IMG/VR virus record: IMGVR_UViG_3300035659_000001
Direction: 5' to 3' (one strand)
DNA from: a virus
Taxonomy: Duplodnaviria; Heunggongvirae; Uroviricota; Caudoviricetes
DNA length: 64,000 nucleotides
The notes beneath the pieces are model-generated. The model did not search any database. It was not told the origin of the DNA and saw only the letters and a list, made by a program, of their open reading frames with translations. Shown one piece after another: positions 48,481 through 57,753 of the stretch. Each line of letters starts with the position of its first letter. The stretch's first letter is position 1. A program made the position numbers and the translations under genes.

Positions 48481-48990
48481 ATGCTTATTCTTAGATATCC
48501 AGGTAATAGAAACACGCTGTTCAATCTTAATGCAGCGGCTTTTGCAAGACCTAATACAGATGCTGAAGCAGGTCGCGTTCTTGGTCGTATACCTGCAAAT
48601 GCTCCGCTAGGTGCTCTTGGCGGTATGTTTGCAATGATGAGCGGAAATTATGAAGTTACTATTTGCGGTAATAATCCAAATGTTCCGACTCCAATTGGTA
48701 TTTTTGTTCTTGATGCAGCAGGGGCTGCTTATGAGAATACACCAGCAGTTGCATCTGGCAAGTTGGCAGTTATGACTGGTCCAGGTTCTTATGAGACTGA
48801 CATTTATGAAACTGTTAAAGAAGCCAATGTTCCACTTGATGTTGCGTGGGCAAATGCAATTGGTTTGCCTTTATATGTTTCTGATTTTGGTCTATTAACA
48901 ACTGAAAGTACTGGATCTATCATTGTTGGTTATGTTACAAAAGCACCAACAGCTAATAACCCATTCCTTGGCTTCAATACTATTATCTAA
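48481..48990 (+). CDS. probable capsid decoration/cement protein
   Basis: 169 aa, G/A/P-rich, immediately upstream of MCP; GGAGG RBS. Confidence 0.6.
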   Translation: MLILRYPGNRNTLFNLNAAAFARPNTDAEAGRVLGRIPANAPLGALGGMFAMMSGNYEVTICGNNPNVPTPIGIFVLDAAGAAYENTPAVASGKLAVMTGPGSYETDIYETVKEANVPLDVAWANAIGLPLYVSDFGLLTTESTGSIIVGYVTKAPTANNPFLGFNTII

Positions 48991-49064
48991 TAGTAAATAA
49001 GTGAATGTTTTATTAGAAACTAAAAACAACAGATTTGTAAAACTTTATTAAGGAGAAATTTAAA

Positions 49065-49937
49065 ATGAAACTTACACCTGTTCAAAAAGAAGCTGTCATT
49101 AACAAGCTTCTTCAAACAAATGAGGGAAAAATGAGACTAGCTGCATCTATGCAGAACCCTCTTCGTGAAAGATTGGACTATGAGGGTGTTTTCCGTCGGG
49201 CAGTTGTCGTTGATCCTCTACCACAGGGCGCTCTTCCTTACTATGACAAAGACATTAACGTTCCAGCTATTGTTATTGCAGAAGAAGGAAAAACACCTGA
49301 AACTATCGTTAAAGGAAAACGTATCCTTATTCCATTGTTTGAACTTGGCTCAAACCCAAAAATTCCATTTACCCAGGTAAAAGAAAGACGTTATAATTTA
49401 ATTGACCGTGCTCAGGACAAAGCAAAACAGGAAATTCAGGCCGCTGAAGACGATCTGGGCTTCTCAGCTTTTGATGTTGCGCTTGCACAGGTTGATCCTA
49501 TTACTGGTCTTCCTTTCAATGCTACAATCGGCGCTGCTGGTTCACTTGATCGTGACGCACTTGCAGATGGTTTTGCAGAAGTTGAAAAGCATGACCTTCG
49601 CGTTGCTCGTATGTTCATGAATGCACGTGACTACAGTGATATCAGAAAATGGGGTCGCGATCAGCTGGATCCTGTGACTCAGAGATCTTTATTCAATACA
49701 GGCCTTCAGGCAATGATTTGGGGAGCAGAAATTATCGTATCACGTGTTGTTCCTATCGGGACAGTATATGTATGCGCAGAAGAAAAGTTCCTTGGCATCA
49801 TGCCTCAGCGTATTGACATCACAGTATTGCCTGCTGATGATCCTGATGCACGATTAGTCGGATGGTCGATTTTCGAGCAGATAGGAATAGGTATCTGGAA
49901 TCCTAGAGCAACTTCGTCAATATTGATTACTAGGTAA
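49065..49937 (+). CDS. major capsid protein (HK97 fold)
   Basis: Position in the head module, strong RBS, codon usage distinct from its neighbours, followed by a strong terminator; MFMNARDYSDI and IWGAEIIVSRVVP HK97-like elements. Confidence 0.85.
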   Translation: MKLTPVQKEAVINKLLQTNEGKMRLAASMQNPLRERLDYEGVFRRAVVVDPLPQGALPYYDKDINVPAIVIAEEGKTPETIVKGKRILIPLFELGSNPKIPFTQVKERRYNLIDRAQDKAKQEIQAAEDDLGFSAFDVALAQVDPITGLPFNATIGAAGSLDRDALADGFAEVEKHDLRVARMFMNARDYSDIRKWGRDQLDPVTQRSLFNTGLQAMIWGAEIIVSRVVPIGTVYVCAEEKFLGIMPQRIDITVLPADDPDARLVGWSIFEQIGIGIWNPRATSSILITR

Positions 49938-49963
49938 TCTAGCAGATTAAATTGTCAGTTTAG

Positions 49964-49995
49964 ATAGCAGTCATTTAAATGACTGCTATTTTTTT
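49964..49995 (+). terminator. intrinsic terminator after MCP
   Basis: ATAGCAGTCATTTAAATGACTGCTAT palindrome plus T7. Confidence 0.9.
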
Positions 49996-50107
49996 GTCTT
50001 CAGATAGTCGTTTAGTAGGCTGGACCATATTTGGCAATGTTGCATAGAAAATTATAATTGTACAATCAATGATGTATTTAATATATATTATTGATAAGGA
50101 GTTAAAT

Positions 50108-51235
50108 ATGATTTGTCCAGTTTGTTACAATAGCTTTAGTAATTTACGATTGCATTTTTCTATGACTAATTGTAGGTTACATGAACAATATTTAGAACAC
50201 GATATTCAAAAAGTGAAAAAAGTTGTTGAATCTATTTTTAATTTAAATTTAGCAATAGGTGGCATTTGTCATAAAATGAGACAACAGGAATATGTATGTG
50301 TTTGCAATACCAAATTTATAAAAAATACATGGATTGAAAAATTTGGTATTGATGAGTTTAATAAAAAAATTCAATTGCTTGAAAAGTATAGAGTAGAAAA
50401 TCAACGTAGAGCTGTCATGTATAATAGTAAAATGAATAGTATTAGATTTGACACTGACGCAGTTAATATAGAAAAAGAGATTGAAATTGCATGTTATAAA
50501 AATGATTCATTTAAGCAAGTACGACTAAGAGATGTAGTATGTCAAGAGTGCGGTAAAAAAGATGAAAAGCTAGATGTACATCATATAATACCACGAAGAT
50601 TATTTGAACGCTATGACTTTGAGCAGCATCATCCTGATAATCTTATATTATTATGTGCACGATGTCATTCTACTATTGGTCAAGAGCTTGATGAAATAAT
50701 TATTAATATATTTGTATTACACATTAAGATGATGTGTCCTGTGACTTATGAGTATGTGCTATATCAATTACGTACACAAAAAAAGACTATATTTAAACGA
50801 AAAGTTGGTACGCCTAAATTATATAATGTGACAGTCAATGACGTTGATAAAGCAAAAGTTGATGGAAAAGTTATGATTTCAAAAGCTATAGAGTTAATGC
50901 CGAATGTACCAAAACAGCATATAGTTAAAGCTTGTAAAGATAATAATATGACTTATATTAATCCTAAATGTTTGACTAAGAATTTGAAGACAAAGATATG
51001 TCCAGTATGTGGTTGGAGTGGGTCTTTTAGATTTTCAAAACATGTTATGAAAACAGTTGATGAGCAACATTTATCTTTTTTGATAGTGTTAGAAAAATTG
51101 TATATTGATGATAAATTAGGTTGTGATAAAATAGCAGATATGTATAATCAATATAATTTTACACGCGAGATTGTTGAAGCAGTTTTGAAAGATGCAGGTA
51201 TATATTATAAAATTTTACAAAAGGTTGTTGCATGA
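50108..51235 (+). CDS. HNH endonuclease with zinc fingers
   Basis: CQECG...LDVHHIIP...PDNLILLCARCH; CPVC at both ends; AAGGAG RBS before 50108. Confidence 0.85.
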   Translation: MICPVCYNSFSNLRLHFSMTNCRLHEQYLEHDIQKVKKVVESIFNLNLAIGGICHKMRQQEYVCVCNTKFIKNTWIEKFGIDEFNKKIQLLEKYRVENQRRAVMYNSKMNSIRFDTDAVNIEKEIEIACYKNDSFKQVRLRDVVCQECGKKDEKLDVHHIIPRRLFERYDFEQHHPDNLILLCARCHSTIGQELDEIIINIFVLHIKMMCPVTYEYVLYQLRTQKKTIFKRKVGTPKLYNVTVNDVDKAKVDGKVMISKAIELMPNVPKQHIVKACKDNNMTYINPKCLTKNLKTKICPVCGWSGSFRFSKHVMKTVDEQHLSFLIVLEKLYIDDKLGCDKIADMYNQYNFTREIVEAVLKDAGIYYKILQKVVA

Positions 51236-51801
51236 GTGAATTAGTCAAATGTCAAATTGAAGGATGTATGTATGAAGCAAAAACGTTGAGAGATCATGTT
51301 AGTGTTCATGGAATGACAACAGACGAATATAAACAAAAGTATGGAAAGTACAGTCTTGTGTCAGATGATTATTTATTGAAATTACGAATCGCAGGCAATA
51401 AGGCATCGAAAACAGTTGATGATAGAGTGTACAGACATAAGTGTAGAAATGATGATTGTGATGTGATTATTGATGGAAAAGCTTTAGTTTGTCATGTTTG
51501 TAAAGCTAAGCAGCAAGCGAAGTTATTAGAATTGCAAAAGTTGAAGTTTAAAGATATGATTGAGAATCGAGATTTTGTTGTTTGCAAAATTTGTGGATGG
51601 TGTGATACTAGAATATCTGGTCATATAATGAGTGTTCATGAGATGAATAAACGAGTGTATAGAAGTAAATATGGTAGTGATGCGCGGTTAATGTGTGATG
51701 ACGTATCGAGTAAGACGGCTTTTAGAGGTGTTCATTCTATTGAAACTCGTCGGCAAATGGCAATAAGTCAGATGAAACGTCATGTAGCAGGTACAAAATG
51801 A
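51232..51801 (+). CDS. zinc-finger DNA-binding protein with NUMOD3-like end
   Basis: Two C..C...H...H.M...Y..KYG repeats; HSIETRRQMA. Confidence 0.65.
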   Translation: MSELVKCQIEGCMYEAKTLRDHVSVHGMTTDEYKQKYGKYSLVSDDYLLKLRIAGNKASKTVDDRVYRHKCRNDDCDVIIDGKALVCHVCKAKQQAKLLELQKLKFKDMIENRDFVVCKICGWCDTRISGHIMSVHEMNKRVYRSKYGSDARLMCDDVSSKTAFRGVHSIETRRQMAISQMKRHVAGTK

Positions 51802-51841
51802 TTATTGAAGCAAGTCAGTATAGTAGAATATATGAAATCGA

Positions 51842-52144
51842 ATGAATATTATGTATGAAACTAAAGTAGTTTACAAGATTACATATCCCAATGGTAAAAT
51901 TTATGTTGGTAAAGATCTTACTAATGATATTAATTATTTTGGTAGTGCAAATGCAAGTATTATTGAGAAAGATTTTTCTATAGAACAAAGAAAATCGTTT
52001 GTAATTAAACGAGAGATATTATTTGAGTCGTTTGATGATAAAGAAATTAATAAAAAAGAAGTAGAGCTTATACGATTTTTTCGATCTAATGATCTAGTAG
52101 TTGGTTATAACAAGTGGCCAAGTTTTAAAGTTTCTGCGAAATAA
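51842..52144 (+). CDS. small GIY-YIG nuclease
   Basis: VVYKITYPNGKIYVGKD...YFGS...E..LI...GYN. Confidence 0.85.
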   Translation: MNIMYETKVVYKITYPNGKIYVGKDLTNDINYFGSANASIIEKDFSIEQRKSFVIKREILFESFDDKEINKKEVELIRFFRSNDLVVGYNKWPSFKVSAK

Positions 52145-52454
52145 ATATCGTTACTCTTATTCACAACAAAATTATCAGTCCTGTTTCACATTAATTCAAT
52201 ATTTAAGTAACAATTTTAAAGAGAAATTGCTATTATTTTATTGTGTAATTTATTGATAATTATTTTATATTGAACTTAATTACATGAAAAATCAAGGACA
52301 TACATTGACAAATCGTGATATAGATGAGAATGGGTTAATTAATAAGTATTTTGAATTCAATAATAGTGATTTTGATAATGAGTTTCAACCATTAGAAAAA
52401 CAAGATATTGAAATAAGAGCATGTCAAACTAAACTAAGTCTTAAGGAGGACGAT

Positions 52455-52955
52455 ATGAAGAATTCTAGAAGTGCAAGTTATATCAGCGAGTTGTCATCTG
52501 GATATGATGCAACAGTTCAGGATGATTATGAAGCTGGAAATGGTCAAGCTGGTCAGATGGGTAAAGGACATGAGGAAGAAGTTGCGCCGAAAAATAACTG
52601 GAAAGATGATAATCGTGATGTTGTCGGGAAAGCTGCATCAATTTCTAAAGTTTTGAAAAGAACAGCTGTTAGTTTAGAAAAAATGGCTACTATGCTTGAC
52701 AAAATTGCAGATGAAGATGAAGAGTTTGAAGAGTTTGATGACATTGATGATACGTCGGATGTAGACATTGATGATGATGAAATTGAGAAAGTAAGTAGTA
52801 ATGTAGTTAAAGAGGCTGTTCATCCTGCTGAGCATGATTCTAAGAAAGATGATCCGGGAGCTAATATGTCAGCTCAGACCGGCGATGAAGAATGGATTGA
52901 CATTGGTGCTGGTACTTTTGATGACAAAAGAGATGAAGTGGGTAGAGCTTCTTAA
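52455..52955 (+). CDS. acidic probable head protein with internal repeat
   Basis: AAGGAGG RBS before ATG 52455; DDNRDVVGKAAS / DDKRDEVGRAS repeat. Confidence 0.65.
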   Translation: MKNSRSASYISELSSGYDATVQDDYEAGNGQAGQMGKGHEEEVAPKNNWKDDNRDVVGKAASISKVLKRTAVSLEKMATMLDKIADEDEEFEEFDDIDDTSDVDIDDDEIEKVSSNVVKEAVHPAEHDSKKDDPGANMSAQTGDEEWIDIGAGTFDDKRDEVGRAS

Positions 52956-53000
52956 TATTTAACTAAATTAAATAACTATTAAAATGAATGGAGATGAAAT

Positions 53001-53459
53001 ATGAGCAAATTTATTGGTATACTTAAATGTAGGTTAGTTGATCGTGGTGTATATGTTAATCCTGGTGAAATTTTTGAACCAGATGAAGCATACGAAAGAA
53101 GTTCAAGGTCTTTGGCTGCTGCGCTTAGAGCTAATTGGATGAGAAGGATTTCTGATCATGAAGTTAGTCAAATAAAAAGTAAACAGCAAGCAGTAGTTGA
53201 AGAAGTTAAAGTACAACCGACAGCACAGAAAAAAGTATCAATTGAGGTTGTAACACCCAATGCAGCTCTTTCAGAAATGACTGATGCCGCTATAGCAGAT
53301 GAAGTAATTGATCAGAATGTTATTATAGCAGCTAGGGATAAAAAGCACGAACAATTATCTAATGTAGAAACTGTTGATAGCATAAAAGATGAAATTCGGC
53401 AAAAGACAAAAAAAGTTTTAAAAATTAGAAAGTTAAAGAAAGGTCGAATAAGTGATTAG
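53001..53459 (+). CDS. hypothetical protein
   Basis: GGAG RBS. Confidence 0.65.
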   Translation: MSKFIGILKCRLVDRGVYVNPGEIFEPDEAYERSSRSLAAALRANWMRRISDHEVSQIKSKQQAVVEEVKVQPTAQKKVSIEVVTPNAALSEMTDAAIADEVIDQNVIIAARDKKHEQLSNVETVDSIKDEIRQKTKKVLKIRKLKKGRISD

Positions 53460-53919
53460 TAATAAAATCCAATTAATTTATAGATTGCCTAGTCGGATAA
53501 CATTAATGTGGCCCAAAAGACCAAATGTGAGCAATAATACTAACCCGTCAAAGTTTAATCTATATTGGGATGCTTCTGCAGTTGGACCATTCAATAAATT
53601 ACTAGGTTCAGTAGAAAACTCTGCATCCGACGATCCTGTCGGTATGAGAGCTTATCATAATAAAGTTGTGTTTCATTTTATTCCAGAACAAGTACCAGGT
53701 TGGATTGATGATCAAGCTAATTATATTAGATTAAGAGCAGTGATTGGAGGAGCTGAACAAGCGCCTGAAGATATTGTAGCTATACCTGCTTATACTTCAA
53801 GTGGAATGAGATTAAGATACCCAGAATTAAGAACAACTGCAATTGTTGGATATGAAAAAGAAACAAATCAATTCATACCAGTTGCAGTTGATCTCAGTGG
53901 AAAAGTAAAAACAATTTAA
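53452..53919 (+). CDS. hypothetical (FN3-like beta) probable virion protein
   Basis: ITLMW...FNLYW...YIRLRAV pattern. Confidence 0.55.
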   Translation: MISNKIQLIYRLPSRITLMWPKRPNVSNNTNPSKFNLYWDASAVGPFNKLLGSVENSASDDPVGMRAYHNKVVFHFIPEQVPGWIDDQANYIRLRAVIGGAEQAPEDIVAIPAYTSSGMRLRYPELRTTAIVGYEKETNQFIPVAVDLSGKVKTI

Positions 53920-53943
53920 AACATTTTAATAGGAGGATTCATT

Positions 53944-54363
53944 ATGAAGATTACTAGTTTGATGTCAAGCGGCGTATTGGAATTCAATGATCTTGGCAGT
54001 TACATTAAAGGTGTATCACCTGTTATTCGTGATATTAGATTAAATCCTGGTCAGTCTATCTATTTACTTGAAACGTCAGAAGTTCTTTTAAGTGCACAGT
54101 CTGGTGATATTGCTCGTTATGCTAAAGCTCCTGCAAAAATTAGTGTAAATGACACAGTTGTGCTTGCAAACGCTGCAGGTGTGACGTTAACTCATAATTT
54201 TGGCATACTGCCAAATGTTACTGTCATAAAAGGTGCCGGTGTAGCTCCTGTTGCATGTGTAATTGGTGTTGACATCACTATTGCTCATAACGCTGCATAT
54301 ACTACTACTACTGTTACAAACATTAGTGGTGGTCAGTTAACTTTTGGCATTCGCATTGGTTAA
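53944..54363 (+). CDS. probable virion structural protein
   Basis: AGGAGG RBS; THNFGILPNVTV motif; followed by a terminator. Confidence 0.6.
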   Translation: MKITSLMSSGVLEFNDLGSYIKGVSPVIRDIRLNPGQSIYLLETSEVLLSAQSGDIARYAKAPAKISVNDTVVLANAAGVTLTHNFGILPNVTVIKGAGVAPVACVIGVDITIAHNAAYTTTTVTNISGGQLTFGIRIG

Positions 54364-54388
54364 TACAGTATTCATGTGATGCATGTAG

Positions 54389-54425
54389 ATTAAAGAGAGC
54401 TCATTTGAGTTCTCTTTAATTTTTT
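54389..54425 (+). terminator. intrinsic terminator
   Basis: ATTAAAGAGAGCTCA-tt-TGAGTTCTCTTTAAT plus T-run. Confidence 0.85.
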
Positions 54426-54460
54426 AGATTAACAAGATTTAAATAGATTAAGGAGAGAAT

Positions 54461-55063
54461 ATGTTTTTTTTAAATATTAATAAATTGATGCAATATATTA
54501 AGAATGCTATATTAAATGATAATGATATTCATTTATATATTGTAGAGACTATTAACAATGAATATAAAAAGTTGAATGATGATGCAGCAATTAAGCAAAG
54601 TGAAATGTTGCAGTCATTATATGATACTATTGGCAATAACGAACAGATCATTAATCAAAAATTGGCATTATTGGAAACTGAATTATTACAAAAAGTCAAT
54701 AAATTAGTTGATTCAATTTATTCTGATGATGATTATTTACAACTTGTTAAAAAAGTTGATGATAACGAAATTGTAAATAGACAAACTGCGACAAATTTAA
54801 TTGAAGTACACTCTAAATTGATTGATGTACAGACACAGTTCAAGAGTTTAAAACAACGAAAAGAAACTGAATCAATAGAGTTAATAGTTAACACATCAAT
54901 CAATAAGACAAGGGCTGATATTGCAACTATTATGTCAAAAGTTAAAAATGAAATACAAACTCTTGACATAAAATTAGATGCATTTATTGATACAATTAGC
55001 GAAAAAATAGTTAAATCAGATACAAAGCTAGTTAAATTAGATACAAAGCAAAAAAGACGATAG
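54461..55063 (+). CDS. coiled-coil hypothetical protein
   Basis: AAGGAG RBS; heptad-like sequence. Confidence 0.65.
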   Translation: MFFLNINKLMQYIKNAILNDNDIHLYIVETINNEYKKLNDDAAIKQSEMLQSLYDTIGNNEQIINQKLALLETELLQKVNKLVDSIYSDDDYLQLVKKVDDNEIVNRQTATNLIEVHSKLIDVQTQFKSLKQRKETESIELIVNTSINKTRADIATIMSKVKNEIQTLDIKLDAFIDTISEKIVKSDTKLVKLDTKQKRR

Positions 55064-55070
55064 AAATTAA

Positions 55071-55607
55071 ATGGAGATTAAAATAATGGCTGACAAGATT
55101 GAAAATTCAATAGTGACGCCAGATTTATATTTTGCAGCATATTTAAAAACAAAAAATTGTCAAATAATTAATGTACAACGACAAGGGTCCAAGACAATTT
55201 TTACTTTTGACGTTATTGATTCTAAATTAACAGTATTAGAATTAAAACACGGTTTTTTTAATAATGATGAAGATGTTAAATTTGCAATTTGTGCAAATGC
55301 TTATGCTGATGCAATTAGATCTTTAAAAACTTTATGTCATGTTGAAAGTGATGATTGTATTACTACACCAGATTTATATTTTGCAGCATATTTAAAAGCA
55401 AAAAAATGTATGGTCAAATCTATCAAACAAAAAGATTCAAAAACTGCCTTTGTATTTGATGTAACAAATTCTGAAATGTCTGCATTTGAATTAATGCTTG
55501 GCTATTTTAACAATATTCAAGATAAACGATGTGTTGTTAATGCTTCAACATTTACAGATGCTGTAAGATCATTAAAGACGATGTGTCACATTACTAGTGA
55601 TATTTAA
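55071..55607 (+). CDS. tandem two-domain protein (DUF5659-like)
   Basis: Two copies of TPDLYFAAYLK...FxFDV...DA.RSLKT.CH. Confidence 0.7.
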   Translation: MEIKIMADKIENSIVTPDLYFAAYLKTKNCQIINVQRQGSKTIFTFDVIDSKLTVLELKHGFFNNDEDVKFAICANAYADAIRSLKTLCHVESDDCITTPDLYFAAYLKAKKCMVKSIKQKDSKTAFVFDVTNSEMSAFELMLGYFNNIQDKRCVVNASTFTDAVRSLKTMCHITSDI

Positions 55608-55629
55608 AAAGAATTAGTTATTTTTGTAG

Positions 55630-55664
55630 AAAATCTGTATAGAAAATATTATACAGATTTTTTT
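55630..55664 (+). terminator. hairpin/terminator
   Basis: AAAATCTGTATA...TATACAGATTTT then Ts. Confidence 0.65.
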
Positions 55665-55680
55665 GTCAAAAGTGTTAACT

Positions 55681-56682
55681 ATGGCACAACAAAAACGTGA
55701 CTATTATAAAATATTAGGCGTATCAAAACAAGCTACTGATGAAGAAATAAAACGTGCCTTTAGAAAATTAGCTTTAATATATCATCCAGATAAAAACGAA
55801 AATAAAGATGATAAACAATTTAAAGAGATATCTGAAGCATACGAGACTTTGTCAGATGAAAAAAAACGAGCTCAATATGATAATCCTTATCCATCGTTTT
55901 TTGACATGGACATTCAATTTACGAACTTTAAATCTACTAATCATCAACAACGTGGTATCAGAGGCCAAGACATAATAATCACTTTTGAATTATCATTATA
56001 TGAAATTCTAACGGGCACAACAAAAACAATTAAATATAAAAAATATAATAAATGTGCTAAATGCAACGGATTTGGTAGTGAAAATAGAAAAATTGAACTT
56101 TGCTTTAAGTGTAACGGTACTGGACACATAAGTTTGACTAGACAACTAGACAATTTTACTATTAATAATATTATTGTTTGTGACAAATGCAATGGCCAAG
56201 GATCAATTGCAAAATTTGACTGTATTGACTGTTCAGGCAGTGGAAGAATATTACAAGAAACTATATTGCCTGTTAATGTTAATCCCGGAATTGACGAAAA
56301 TTATGATTTAATTATTAGACATTATGGCCATTGCGGTGAACATAATGGTGTATCTGGCAGTTTAATTGTCAAAATTAAAACAAAAAATGATGAATTCTTA
56401 ATAAGATCAGGATGTGATATAATTTATGTTGCTCATTTGACAATATCTCAAGCGGTTTTAGGATGCAATCTTGTTATAAAAACATTACAAGGCAATGAAG
56501 ATATAAAAGTTGAACCATCAACTCAAAGCAATACTGCAAGAGTAATCAAAAGTCTTGGATTACCTATAATTAATTCAGATAAAAAAGGCGATCAAATTAT
56601 TAAATTTATTGTTGATATACCAAATAATTTAAATCAAGAACAATCAAACTTATTCAAACAATTAAGTGAAGTGGGTTTATGA
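55681..56682 (+). CDS. dnaJ: DnaJ chaperone (J domain, 4x CxxCxGxG, C-terminal domain; G/F region reduced)
   Basis: [13 protein letters not shown], four CxxCxGxG repeats. Confidence 0.92.
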   Translation: MAQQKRDYYKILGVSKQATDEEIKRAFRKLALIYHPDKNENKDDKQFKEISEAYETLSDEKKRAQYDNPYPSFFDMDIQFTNFKSTNHQQRGIRGQDIIITFELSLYEILTGTTKTIKYKKYNKCAKCNGFGSENRKIELCFKCNGTGHISLTRQLDNFTINNIIVCDKCNGQGSIAKFDCIDCSGSGRILQETILPVNVNPGIDENYDLIIRHYGHCGEHNGVSGSLIVKIKTKNDEFLIRSGCDIIYVAHLTISQAVLGCNLVIKTLQGNEDIKVEPSTQSNTARVIKSLGLPIINSDKKGDQIIKFIVDIPNNLNQEQSNLFKQLSEVGL

Positions 56683-56879
56683 CGTACAATGGAAATGATA
56701 AAATAGATGAAGTCGAATATAGACTTAACTGTTTACAAAGAAAAGAAGATGCAAAAGCAATTATGAAAAATTCAAGTAAAGTCATGAATGGTGAAAGAGT
56801 TTTAAGAAATTGTGATGAAGTTGTAGGCAAAGTTAAAGAACGTACCAATGGATACTCCACAGGAAGTTTAGTGTGGTAA
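56679..56879 (+). CDS. hypothetical protein
   Basis: ATGA-coupled short ORF. Confidence 0.5.
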   Translation: MTYNGNDKIDEVEYRLNCLQRKEDAKAIMKNSSKVMNGERVLRNCDEVVGKVKERTNGYSTGSLVW

Positions 56880-56909
56880 TTTTATATAAGTTGATAAGAT
56901 TAAATAAAA

Positions 56910-57602
56910 ATGAATAGTCGTTGCAGTAATAGAACTATTTTAGTCATTGGCGGTGAATTTGTTGCCATTAATTTAATAGATTTATTACTGAATTCAAACG
57001 ACAGAATCATTGCTACAGACTTAGAGATACATAATCATGAAATTATATGTGAAAATAATAATGACGTTAATGAATTAATTAAGAAATATAATGTTGATAT
57101 CATCATTAATTTTAATGATAGTTTGCAAAAATATGATGTAAGTCGACACTTACATATAACAGCTAATGACTCAAATGCTCATACTAGAATAAGATTGTCT
57201 AACTGCTATGGACCTCGACAAGGTAGTCATGCGTTAATTCCTAGAATGATTTTACAAGCTATTCAACAAATTGACATTGTTGTTAGTTTAAATGAAGCTC
57301 TAAAGGATTTTATTTTTATTTCTGATTGCTGTGACGCAATCTATAAGATTTTGAATTTTGGGTTTGAAAAAAGTTACGATATTTGCAGTGGACAATTAAT
57401 AAAAGATGTTGAAGTTGCTAAAATGATTTTAACACATTTTGAGTTACCATTGTCTTTTATTGATTATGCAAATGAATGGATGCCAATTGATCAATTAAAT
57501 AATAAAAAAACTATTGATTTGGGATGGTATCCAAAAATATGCTTTGAAGACGGTGTAACTAAAACTATTCAATGGTTTAAATTAAACAATCTTCTTAAAT
57601 GA
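56910..57602 (+). CDS. degenerate NAD-dependent epimerase/dehydratase (RmlB-like)
   Basis: ILVIGG, RLSNCYGPRQ, DFIFISDCCDAI, LGWYPKICFEDGVTKTIQWF; only 230 aa and no YxxxK in the expected place. Confidence 0.7.
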   Translation: MNSRCSNRTILVIGGEFVAINLIDLLLNSNDRIIATDLEIHNHEIICENNNDVNELIKKYNVDIIINFNDSLQKYDVSRHLHITANDSNAHTRIRLSNCYGPRQGSHALIPRMILQAIQQIDIVVSLNEALKDFIFISDCCDAIYKILNFGFEKSYDICSGQLIKDVEVAKMILTHFELPLSFIDYANEWMPIDQLNNKKTIDLGWYPKICFEDGVTKTIQWFKLNNLLK

Positions 57603-57753
57603 TTCTTCATTATTATTTCTTTATTATACAATTTACACGCTAACATTACATAAAATTCTAAATATAAACATTGTTTTATAAGTAACAATATTTAAAGACT
57701 GTAAAAACGTTAGTGTTTACATATTGTTGTTAAACTATAAAAAGGATCGACTA

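Noticed and set aside
52284-52454. N-terminal 57 codons of the 52284 ORF
   Set aside because: A strong AAGGAGG RBS precedes ATG 52455, so the upstream extension is probably not translated.
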